Assembly (NCBI GenBank): GCA_963807305.1
Contig: CAWEBN010000005.1
Span: 1,152,401-1,192,400, forward strand
Direction of reading: 5' to 3'
Length of the DNA: 40,000 nt
Source of the DNA: an uncultured Actinomycetes bacterium
Lineage (GTDB): Bacteria; Actinomycetota; Thermoleophilia; Solirubrobacterales; Solirubrobacteraceae
In this document: in pieces, positions 32,532-40,000 of the stretch
How positions within the stretch are numbered: the stretch's first letter is position 1
How the letters are laid out: the number at the start of each line of letters is the position of its first letter
Program-made: the position numbers and the translations under genes
The notes under the pieces: model-generated
Told to the model about the DNA's origin: nothing
The model's input: only the letters and a program-made list of their open reading frames with translations
The model's database searches: none

Positions 32532-35351
32532 CTACAGGGTGGGAACCCTGGTCTTTTCTACATCGAGGGCCTCGCGGAGCTGGACCCGACCCTCGATCCC
32601 GAGCTTGGCGTAGGCGCGCGCGAGGTGGCCCTCGATGGTCTTGAGCGTCACGTAGAGCTCGTGCGCGATCTCGCGATTGGAGCGGCCCTCGGCGGCCAGC
32701 CGGGCGACGCGGAGCTCGCTGGGGGTCAGCGCTTCCACGCCCGTGCGCCACGCGCGTCGCGGGCGGGCGCCGGTGGCCTTGAGCTCGTCGCGCGCCGCCG
32801 CCGCCAGTGGTCTGGCGCCGCATCGGGCGGCGAGGTCGAGCGCCTGGGCAAGAGGTTCGCGCGCGGCGGCGCGTCCGCCGGACCGGCGCAGCGCCGCGCC
32901 GAACGCGGCCAGGGAGTGGGCGCGCTCGAGCAGCGCGGGCGAGCCATGCAGCGCAGCAACCGACTCGCCGAGCAGCCGGAGTCCCGCATCGCCTCCGCGC
33001 GCCAACCCGGCGACGCGCAGCGCAACCCCCAGCGCGCGCGGCGCCCCGAGCACGCGCACGTCGGCCAGCTCGCCGTCGGCCATCTCGCACGCGCGGTCGC
33101 GCTGTCCGAGGCGCATGAGCGCGAGCGCGGCGCCTGAGCGCGCGTGCACGTAACCGGTCTCGCGGGTCTGCATCCCCCAGGCGTCGTCCCCGAAGAGCGC
33201 GAGGCAGGTCTCGAAGTCGGCAAGCGCCTCCGCGGGACGCCTCTGGGCAAGCCGCAGCCGTCCACGCGCGGCTGGAATGAGCACCGTTCCCACGCCGGGG
33301 GGCCAGCCGTCCTGTGGGAGCAGGTCGAGCAGCGCCTGCGCGGCGTCGAGCTCGCCGGCCTCGACGGCGACCTCGGCCAGGACGGTCGCCGCGAATGCGA
33401 GTCCCGGCGCGAAGTCCCCCTCCTGCAGGACCCGCAGGGCGACACGCGCTGCCGCATCGGCCTCGGGCAGCGCGCCGAGCCGCAGCTTGAGCAGGCCGAG
33501 CGTGCTGTGGACGGCCACGAGGCCGCGCGCCGACCCGGAGCGGTGAACGTCGGCCAGCATCGGCTCGAGCGCCGCCCCGACCGCGTCGAAGCGCTCGGTC
33601 GCGACGAGGACCCACAGCAGCGCCGCGCGCGTGTCCCAGTTCTCGACCGCCGGGCCGGTGCGGGCCAGCATCTGCTCGAGCGCCGGCGCGATCTCGTCCG
33701 CCGCCCCACCGGTCAGGAACATCGCCATGCCTCGGGCGACCGCGAGCGCCTCGCTGGGGACGTCGAGTCGACGGGCGGCCAGGCGCTCGAGCGTCGCCGC
33801 GACGCGCGACGCGCGACGGGCGTCGTGAAGACCGCAGACCACGAGCTCGCCCTCGAGGCGCGCCGCCAACGCCTCGTCGGCATCGCCGAGCTCGGCGAGC
33901 GCCCGCTCGATGACGTCCACGGCGTCCACCCACCGAAAGAGGGCCGCATACGCCTCGGCGACCGCGAGCGCGGCTTCGGCGCGTTCCCGCGGATCGTTGA
34001 CGAGCCGCAGCGCCTCCTCCAGGTGCGCGCACGCGGTCTCGCGCCCGGCGCTCGCCTCCGCGTGAGCCGTCTCACGCAGGAGGCCGACCCGCTGGGCGGG
34101 GGACGGCGGCTCGGCCAGCGCGCGGCCCAGGAGGTCAGCGGCGGCCCGCGGTGCTCCGTCCTGCATCGCTGCGTGCGCGGCCTCCCGCAGGCGCGCCAGC
34201 GCCCACTGATCGCCCAGGGGACGGACACCGGCGAGATGCGCTCCGACCTGTCCTGCCGGGGCCCCATCGGCGTGCAGCAGCCGGGCGGCGGCACGGTGCG
34301 CGGCGTCGCGCTCGTCGCTCTCCAGCGACCCCTCGATGGCAGCGCGGACGACCGGATGGATGAAGCGAGGAGGGTCGGCGGTGGCCAGCACCTCCCGGCG
34401 CACGAGGCCGGCGGCCAGCGGCACCGCCGCGGACGGCTCCACGGCAGCGATCGCAGCCGCGTGGCGCAGCGCGCATCCGTCTCCGAGGACGGCCAGCGCC
34501 TGCGCCAAGCCGAGGGCGTGAGGATCGAGGCCGCGCACGCGCGCCACCACCCGTCGCGCGATCTCCTCGACGCCCGCCGCCAGGAGCACGGCGGGGTCGA
34601 CCGGGGCCGGAGCCGGGTCGTCGGGTGCGATCGCCCGCAGCAGCTCGGTCAGGTAAAGGGGATTGCCGCCGCTTGCCGTCCAGACCGCCGTGCAGAGCTC
34701 ATCGTCGGCCCGCCCGCTGGTCGCCGCCCGCACGATCGTGGCGGTGGCGGCCTCGCTCAACAGCGCGGGGTGCACGACCATCGATGCCTCGGTCCGCAGC
34801 GCCGCCAGCGCCGCGCCGGTCGACGCCGGCTCGTCGGCGCGCAGCGCGACCAGCAGCGACAGCTCCAGCCCCTCCAGCCTCGGCGCGAGGTGGGCCAGCC
34901 ACCGCAGCGAGGGCTCGTCTGCCCAGTGCGCGTCATCGACGGCGACCAACACCGGTCGTCCGGCCGCAAGATTGGCGGCGAGCCAGTACAGGCCGTGCAA
35001 GACGGCAAACGACGTGTCGTCGGCCGGCGTCGCTGCCGCCTCGCCGAGCAGCAGCGGCCGCACCGCGGCAGCGGGTCCGGCGAGCAGTGCTTCGCGCTCT
35101 GGGGCTTCGGCGCCCGCGAGCCGCCGCTCGAGCAGCTGGCGCACGACGCCGAAGGCGAAGTCCGCCTCGAGCTCCGACCCGCGGGCTCTCAGGATCTCGT
35201 GGCCACGCTCCTCCGCGTGCCGGCAGGCCGCGTCGACCAGCGACGTCTTCCCGATGCCCGCCCGACCCTCGACCACGAGCACCTCGCCGCCGCGTTCCAG
35301 CAGCGTGTCAACCGCCGCGAGCTCGTGTTCGCGCTCGACCAGCTTGTCCAC
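32532..35351 (-). CDS. Large ATP-binding LuxR-family (LAL/MalT-like) transcriptional regulator
   Basis: 939 aa. It has an N-terminal Walker A (GRAGIGKTSL), a long TPR-like helical middle and a C-terminal LuxR HTH (LTPSELRVARLAAEGRSNREIAHELYVTLKTIEGHL). Confidence 0.88.
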   Translation of the reverse strand: MDKLVEREHELAAVDTLLERGGEVLVVEGRAGIGKTSLVDAACRHAEERGHEILRARGSELEADFAFGVVRQLLERRLAGAEAPEREALLAGPAAAVRPLLLGEAAATPADDTSFAVLHGLYWLAANLAAGRPVLVAVDDAHWADEPSLRWLAHLAPRLEGLELSLLVALRADEPASTGAALAALRTEASMVVHPALLSEAATATIVRAATSGRADDELCTAVWTASGGNPLYLTELLRAIAPDDPAPAPVDPAVLLAAGVEEIARRVVARVRGLDPHALGLAQALAVLGDGCALRHAAAIAAVEPSAAVPLAAGLVRREVLATADPPRFIHPVVRAAIEGSLESDERDAAHRAAARLLHADGAPAGQVGAHLAGVRPLGDQWALARLREAAHAAMQDGAPRAAADLLGRALAEPPSPAQRVGLLRETAHAEASAGRETACAHLEEALRLVNDPRERAEAALAVAEAYAALFRWVDAVDVIERALAELGDADEALAARLEGELVVCGLHDARRASRVAATLERLAARRLDVPSEALAVARGMAMFLTGGAADEIAPALEQMLARTGPAVENWDTRAALLWVLVATERFDAVGAALEPMLADVHRSGSARGLVAVHSTLGLLKLRLGALPEADAAARVALRVLQEGDFAPGLAFAATVLAEVAVEAGELDAAQALLDLLPQDGWPPGVGTVLIPAARGRLRLAQRRPAEALADFETCLALFGDDAWGMQTRETGYVHARSGAALALMRLGQRDRACEMADGELADVRVLGAPRALGVALRVAGLARGGDAGLRLLGESVAALHGSPALLERAHSLAAFGAALRRSGGRAAAREPLAQALDLAARCGARPLAAAARDELKATGARPRRAWRTGVEALTPSELRVARLAAEGRSNREIAHELYVTLKTIEGHLARAYAKLGIEGRVQLREALDVEKTRVPTL

Positions 35352-35457
35352 AGGACGACTTTAGATCCGCGGCGACGGGCCGGCGCCCGGTTACCCGATG
35401 GCCGGCCCGCGCTTCCAGTCGCGAAAGACGGAGAGCAGGGCGGTGCATCGGCGCCGG

Positions 35458-36209
35458 TCAGGGGTTGGTGCGCAGGAGGGCGAACTCCGTGTCGGCGCCG
35501 TTGGCGGTGTAGCCGGCGGAGACGATCCTGCCGGCCGCGTCGAGCGCGAGATCCTGGCCGAACTCGCCCCGGCCGTCGAAGTCGGCCGTGATGATCCCGT
35601 CGCCGTCGAAGCCGGTGTCCAGCGTGCCGTCCGCGCTGTAGCGGACGAGCGCCATGTCGAGGATCGTGGCGCTGCCGGCGCGGCCGACCAGGACGATCCG
35701 GCCGTGGGTGTCGACGAGCAGGTTCTCCGCGAAGTCGTCGCCGCCGCCGAGGTCGGTCTTGACCGTGCCGTGGTCGCCGAAGGAGGTGTCAAGGCTGCCG
35801 GTGGCGGTGTAGCGGGCCAGCAGGAAGTCCCGGTTGACGTGCGGGCCGAGCGTGTACCCCGCGATGGCGATGTGGCCGTCGGGGGTGAGCGCCACGGCGG
35901 CGCCTGCGCCATCACCGAGTACTGCGCGCCGTCGGCGCTCGAGAACACGCTGCCGAACGCGTGGTCACGCGGCAGGAAGTACCAGTACGGCACGTGGAGC
36001 GGGAGGTTGAAGACGAGCCGCCCGATCTCGACGGTCTGGCGCAAGGTGCCGCCCACCTGCGCGCCATCTCTCACGGGGGCCTCGCCGGTCCCCTGCACGA
36101 CCTTGCTCACCGACCACAGCCGCACCGGGCTCGGGTCCGTCGCCGCCGTGGCCGGCGCGGCGACCACGAGCGAGAGGCCGAGCACCACCGCGATGAAGGA
36201 CACGCGCAT
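35458..36209 (-). pseudogene. Secreted delta-60-repeat (beta-propeller-like) protein, interrupted by a -1 frameshift as sequenced
   Basis: The signal peptide and N-terminal part (MRVSFIAVVLGLSLVVAAPATA...FGSVFSSADGAQYS) are in one frame. The repeats (LTPDGHIAIAGY..FLLARYTATGSLDTSFGDHG..., VRYSADGTLDTGFDGDG...) are in another (track ORF 35458-35895). The span is 752 nt, which is 3n+2. The junction lies at about 35900-35935. Confidence 0.6.
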
Positions 36210-36390
36210 GAGGGGACGGTGGAGGACTCGGCGTTCAGTCGGCTTTCGCGTGTCGGGAGCCGCTCAGCTTCGGGCGGCAAGGCTCGTCAGGCGGGCCCCG
36301 TTGCGACGCCCGGCGATGATGAGGGCGGGGACCTCCGCCGCCACCGCGCCGCGGCATGGGGGCCACGGCGCGGGGCGCTCGGAAGGTCGG

Positions 36391-36885
36391 TCAGACGACG
36401 GCGCCGTCGAGCAGTTCGGCGGCGCGATCCTCGGAGACCGCACCCAACGTGACCAGCACGAGGATGCGGCCGCTGTGAAGCGCGTGGACGTCGGACTCGG
36501 CGGCGTCGTCATCGAGGCCCGCGTCCATCAGCAGCGCCTTGAGCCGGCGATGGCCCGCCACGCGGCTGTGCTCCTGCCCGTCGGAGTAGCTCACGACGAC
36601 GTCGCGATCGGCGTTGGCGAACACCCCCTCGCTGTTCGCGGGCGAGTCCCCGGCGAAGCTGCTGCGCGGCGTGCCGCGGGAATGGCCGTCGCCGGCGAAG
36701 TCGCCGACGTTCTCGTCGGACGCCACGGAGCCGGCGAACCCGCCGCCGGACTCGCGGTGGGCATCGTGGATCTCGGCGCCCATGAGCAGGCGGATGTCGT
36801 CGCCCGGGACGCCGCCGCCGAGCAGCGCCTGAACGGCGCGGTCGGCCTCGGTCGAGTTGTCGTATGCCCTGCAGAGTGCGTTCAT
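36391..36885 (-). CDS. Hypothetical protein (Gly/Asp-rich, possibly general-stress-like)
   Basis: 164 aa from ATG 36885 (MNALCRAYDNSTEADRAVQALLGGGVPGDDI...); the track start 36972 is possible. No motif was confidently recognised. Confidence 0.4.
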   Translation of the reverse strand: MNALCRAYDNSTEADRAVQALLGGGVPGDDIRLLMGAEIHDAHRESGGGFAGSVASDENVGDFAGDGHSRGTPRSSFAGDSPANSEGVFANADRDVVVSYSDGQEHSRVAGHRRLKALLMDAGLDDDAAESDVHALHSGRILVLVTLGAVSEDRAAELLDGAVV

Positions 36886-36914
36886 GGGGTCTTCAGTGTG
36901 CTCACGCGCGGAGA

Positions 36915-36932
36915 GCGTTACGGACGTAACGC
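36915..36932. repeat. Perfect palindrome GCGTTAC-GGAC-GTAACGC in a divergent intergenic region
   Basis: 7-bp arms with a 4-nt spacer, located between the starts of the 36391-36885 (-) and 37038-37757 (+) genes. It is a possible operator. Confidence 0.3.
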
Positions 36933-37037
36933 GGCGCCCCTGTCGCGGGACTGCCGCCCGATGGCGCCGCAACCACGTCAGTTCGTTTCCGGTGTGAGGG
37001 CGATCCGCTGATCGTCACGTCCGACAACGATCTCTAC

Positions 37038-37757
37038 GTGCGCGGCGCCGCCACGCTGCTCGCCTCATGGGAGCAGTACGCCCGCGGCTCCGCCGGCGCG
37101 GCGCTGCAGCGCCTGGACGGCGTCGCGGCCGCGGTCTTCCCGAACGACCCCGAGCGCGGGGTGTACAACAACGCGCTGCTCGACCGCGATCTCGGCCCGG
37201 CCGAGCGGGTGGCGGCCGTCGACGCGATGGCGGCGGCCTACCGCGCCGCGGGCGTCGACCGCTACGCCGCCTGGGTCCATGAGAGCGACCACGGGATGCG
37301 CGCGGAACTGAGCGGCCGCGGCTACACCGTCGAGGAGTCCACGCGGGCGATGGGCATGTCGCTCGACGCCATCGCTCATGGGCGGCCCGAGGTCGAGCTC
37401 GCGCCGCTCGGCTGGCCCGGGTACCTGGAGTACCTCGAAGCCGTGGGCGTGCCCGCCGGCCTGCTCAGCGGCGCGGATGCGAGCGCGTTCCACACGCTCG
37501 TGGCGCGGCGCGCGGGCCGGTCGCTCGCGACCGCGATCGCCTTCGACCACGACGGCGACTGCGGTATCTACAACATGTCCACGGTCGAGGCGGCTCGGCG
37601 CAGAGGGCTCGGCACCGCGCTCACGGCGTGTCACGTCCACGACGCCGCCGACCGCGGCTGCGCCACCGCGAGCCTGCAGTCCACGCCGATGGCCGAGCGG
37701 GTCTACGCGGCGGTCGGCTTCCGCGACCTCGGGCGCTTCCTGGAATACATGCTGTAG
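37038..37757 (+). CDS. GNAT-family N-acetyltransferase
   Basis: 239 aa. The C-terminal acetyl-CoA binding pattern VEAARRRGLGTALT plus AERVYAAVGF is typical of GNAT. The start (GTG 37038) is uncertain. Confidence 0.65.
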   Translation: MRGAATLLASWEQYARGSAGAALQRLDGVAAAVFPNDPERGVYNNALLDRDLGPAERVAAVDAMAAAYRAAGVDRYAAWVHESDHGMRAELSGRGYTVEESTRAMGMSLDAIAHGRPEVELAPLGWPGYLEYLEAVGVPAGLLSGADASAFHTLVARRAGRSLATAIAFDHDGDCGIYNMSTVEAARRRGLGTALTACHVHDAADRGCATASLQSTPMAERVYAAVGFRDLGRFLEYML

Positions 37758-37778
37758 CGCGCGCCGCGCGAGCCTGGC

Positions 37779-38009
37779 TCAGCAGGGCCTGCCGCGATCG
37801 TCCAGCGGGGCGAGGATGCGCGCGGCGAGCTCGGGCGGGCAGCCGCGGTCGACGAGCTCGAGCACCGCATGCAGATCGATGGCGCAGTCCGCGGCGAGTC
37901 GCGCGGCGAGCCCGGCGGTGAACCCGGCCGCGCGGAGGCGCTCGCGTCGCCATGCGGCGATCGGGCTCGACGGCGGGGGTGGGTCGGTGATCGTCCGTCG
38001 CGTCGTCAT
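37779..38009 (-). CDS. Small hypothetical protein
   Basis: 76-aa ORF with an ATG start. The C-terminal LHAVLELVDRGCPPELAARILAP motif resembles small conserved actinobacterial proteins of unknown function. Confidence 0.4.
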   Translation of the reverse strand: MTTRRTITDPPPPSSPIAAWRRERLRAAGFTAGLAARLAADCAIDLHAVLELVDRGCPPELAARILAPLDDRGRPC

Positions 38010-38100
38010 GCCCGGTTAGCGGCCGGGGCCGGCGCGGACTTACGTAAGGCCATCCGGGCACATCGATCAGTCGCCGCGCTGATGGGCGTGTCCATGGCGC

Positions 38101-38129
38101 TTGCTGCTAGCTGAGCATCTTGCTAAACT
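38101..38129 (+). promoter_or_regulatory. Candidate sigma70-type promoter of the phasin-like gene
   Basis: TTGCTG (38101-38106), a 17-nt spacer, then TAAACT (38124-38129). It lies about 37 nt upstream of ATG 38166, and SD AAGGAG is at 38152-38157. It overlaps a TGC-rich stretch with the inverted repeat CTTGC-n6-GCAAG. Confidence 0.4.
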
Positions 38130-38165
38130 GCAAGCAGTACGGAGCGAGATCAAGGAGATCAACAC

Positions 38166-38438
38166 ATGGCCACTGCCACCACCAAGAACCAGACCGAAGC
38201 CACCACCGAGCGTATCCGCGACCTCAACGAGCGGATCCTCGACGCCGGCAAGAAGGCCGGCGGCGCTTACCTCGACGCCTACGAGCGGACGCTCGAGTCG
38301 ATCGCCGACTACCAGGAGAACGTCGCCAAGCAGACCGACGTCGAGTGGATCTCGACCGTCGTCGACGCCCAGGCGCGCTTCACGCGCGAGCTGACGAAGC
38401 TGTACGTCAGCACGAGCCGCGACCTGCTCAAGAACTAA
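38166..38438 (+). CDS. Small helical protein, phasin-like (putative PHA-granule associated)
   Basis: 90 aa, with a strong SD. The helical, charged sequence contains AYLDAYERTLESIADYQ. It sits upstream of a PhaC-like gene. The functional call is contextual. Confidence 0.4.
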   Translation: MATATTKNQTEATTERIRDLNERILDAGKKAGGAYLDAYERTLESIADYQENVAKQTDVEWISTVVDAQARFTRELTKLYVSTSRDLLKN

Positions 38439-38484
38439 CGGCGCCGGCGCGCTCAGCGCGCCGTCCAACCGAGTCGATGGTCAC

Positions 38485-38508
38485 GGGCGCGCCTGTCAAG
38501 GCGCGCCC
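38485..38508 (+). terminator. GC-rich hairpin downstream of the phasin-like gene (possible terminator/attenuator)
   Basis: GGGCGCGCC (38485-38493), a 6-nt loop, then GGCGCGCCC (38500-38508). It is preceded by a second 8-bp hairpin at 38445-38463 and followed by only a weak T-containing tract. Confidence 0.35.
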
Positions 38509-38576
38509 GCTGCCGTTCTGGGAGAACGGAGCCGCGCCGCTTTCAGGGACTTGGGGAGATCAGTACCCGAGCGGGG

Positions 38577-39890
38577 GTGACGATGACGCCGCGGTCACCC
38601 TCCGACGCCCTGGGTACATTCTTACCCGTGTACGGATCCGCCGGCCTTCCCATCGCTTCGATCTGCGGCCCCGCGCCGGGCACGGACCGGGCGATCGACG
38701 CCACCTTCGAGACCTGGAACGCCACCGTCAGCGGCATGACCGAGTACTGGAGCGCGGCGATGACCGAGCTCCGGACGCCCGCCGACGTGGCGCTCGACAG
38801 CCTGCGCTGGTGGCAGCTGATGGCCGACCGGCGCCCGCCGCAGTGGGCCTCGCGCCAGCGCATCGTGCGGCGCAGCCCCCTCACGCGCCTGCGCGACTTC
38901 ACGCCCGCGCGCCCGGCGGATGTCGTGCCCACCCTCGTGCTGCCCCCGCAGGCGGGCCATGACTCGTGCATCGTCGACTACAGCTCCGCGCAGAGCCAGA
39001 TGCAGACGATCCTGGCCGCAGGGCTCGAGCGCCTCTACGCGCTCGACTGGATCGGCGTCACGCAGGAGACCAAGGACGCGACGATCACCGACTACGTGGC
39101 CGAGGTGCACGCCGCGGTGCAGAAGGCGGGCGGCCGCGGACGCGTCAACCTCGTGGGCGACTGCCAGGGCGGCTGGCTGGCCGCCATCTATGCGGCGCTG
39201 CACCCCGAGCGCGTCAACACGCTCACCATCGCCGGCGCGCCGATCGACTTCCATGCCGGCGGTGCCCTCATCCACGAAAGCGTCGAGGCGCTCAGCGATG
39301 ACGACCTGTCCTTCTTCCGGGCCCTGGTCCGCCAGGGCAACGGCGTGCTCAAGGGCGAGTTCCTGCTCGGCGGCTTCATCGTCATCAAGCCGGAGAACGA
39401 GGTCGGCAAGCAGCTGCAGCTGCTGGCGCATGTCCGTGACGCCGGCCATGTCGAGCGCTACCGGGCCTTCGAGGACTGGTTCAAGCACACACAGGACATC
39501 GCCGGACCCTTCTATCTGTGGCTCGTCGAGCACCTCTTCCGCGACAACCAGCTCATCGGCGGAATCCTGAGCATCGACGACGACACGGTCGACCTCGGAC
39601 GCATCGACTGCCCCGTCAACCTCCTCGCCGGCGCCACCGACCACATCACGCCGCCCGAGCAGGTCTTCGCCCTGGCCGACGCCGTCTCCACTCCCGCCGA
39701 GCGGATCACGCGGCGCACGACGTCGGGCGGCCACCTCGGGCTGTTCATGGGCACCGAGGCGCTGCGCGACCACTGGCCCGTCGTGATGGCGTCCGTGCTC
39801 GAGCATTCGCGACCGGGCGCGGACGGCGCGCGTGCCCGCGGGCGCGCACGGTCGCGCACCCCACGGGCTCGCGCCATTCCGGCGCCCTAG
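38577..39890 (+). CDS. Class III PhaC-like poly(3-hydroxyalkanoate) synthase / alpha-beta hydrolase with a G-x-C-x-G-G box
   Basis: VNLVGDCQGGWLAAIYAALHPERVNTLTIAGAPIDF closely parallels the remembered class III PhaC segment VNLLGICQGG...ALHP..V..L......PVDF. An intracellular PHA depolymerase of the same fold cannot be excluded. There is an Arg-rich C-terminal tail. Confidence 0.6.
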   Translation: MTMTPRSPSDALGTFLPVYGSAGLPIASICGPAPGTDRAIDATFETWNATVSGMTEYWSAAMTELRTPADVALDSLRWWQLMADRRPPQWASRQRIVRRSPLTRLRDFTPARPADVVPTLVLPPQAGHDSCIVDYSSAQSQMQTILAAGLERLYALDWIGVTQETKDATITDYVAEVHAAVQKAGGRGRVNLVGDCQGGWLAAIYAALHPERVNTLTIAGAPIDFHAGGALIHESVEALSDDDLSFFRALVRQGNGVLKGEFLLGGFIVIKPENEVGKQLQLLAHVRDAGHVERYRAFEDWFKHTQDIAGPFYLWLVEHLFRDNQLIGGILSIDDDTVDLGRIDCPVNLLAGATDHITPPEQVFALADAVSTPAERITRRTTSGGHLGLFMGTEALRDHWPVVMASVLEHSRPGADGARARGRARSRTPRARAIPAP

Positions 39891-39895
39891 CCGCT

Positions 39896-40000
39896 TCAGC
39901 TGTTGCGGGGACGCGACCGCGGCGCCGGGCGCGCATGCGCGACGAAGGCGCGATAGACCTCGAGCAGCGCCTGGCGCTGACGTCCGGTCAGGCGCGGGTC
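39896..40000 (-). CDS. 3' end of an unidentified gene running into the window edge
   Basis: The minus-strand frame is open from nt 40000 to the TGA at 39898-39896 and encodes ...DPRLTGRQRQALLEVYRAFVAHARPAPRSRPRNS*. It is too short to assign. Confidence 0.25.
   Translation of the reverse strand, partial: DPRLTGRQRQALLEVYRAFVAHARPAPRSRPRNS

Noticed and set aside
1-40000. Mobile elements, defence systems, CRISPR arrays, tRNA/rRNA genes and integrase-flanked island borders.
   Set aside because: I recognised no transposase, integrase, Cas or restriction-like translations, no regularly spaced repeats, and no tRNA-like cloverleaf regions in the few non-coding stretches. The window reads as core-like metabolic DNA.

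Overview
Gene-dense, very GC-rich bacterial chromosomal window (third codon positions almost all G/C) with a high-GC Gram-positive, actinobacterial-like flavour. I saw no rRNA, tRNA, CRISPR array, transposase or phage gene. nt 1-22540 is an almost complete archaeal-type C1 module: fae, an mtdB-like methylene-H4MPT dehydrogenase, mch and the formyltransferase/hydrolase complex (fhcB-A-D-C). It is interleaved with tetrahydromethanopterin and methanofuran biosynthesis genes (FolE2/MptA, DHPS-like, MptG, MptN, MfnB, MfnE/F-like, CitG-like, ATP-grasp, HisA/F-like, DUF447, DUF1464) and a dedicated p-aminobenzoate branch (fused pabAB, pabC). nt 22670-29515 encodes a PQQ-dependent methanol/ethanol-family dehydrogenase with a lanthanide-type D-Y-D signature, a small cupredoxin-like partner, an M17 aminopeptidase and pqqABCDE; pqqA is a 24-codon ORF missing from the ORF track. 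nt 29512-40000 holds regulators (GAF-LytTR, LAL/LuxR), secreted and hypothetical proteins, a GNAT and a small PHA locus. Points worth a second look: (i) four cofactor genes whose conserved N-termini lie upstream of the first ATG/GTG/TTG, at or just after the upstream stop codon (near-cognate CTG/ATA reinitiation, read-through or base errors); (ii) three single-nucleotide frameshifts (mptG, the PQQ dehydrogenase, a delta-60-repeat protein), meaning pseudogenes or assembly errors; (iii) the PQQ dehydrogenase and its partner have no signal peptide and no cytochrome c is present; (iv) an orphan R2-like di-iron protein and an SDR with FxxxK instead of YxxxK sit inside the H4MPT cluster; (v) head-to-head gene pairs are spaced 0-25 bp apart. 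All functional calls rest on my reading of the translated ORFs and on remembered family motifs; no database search was possible.
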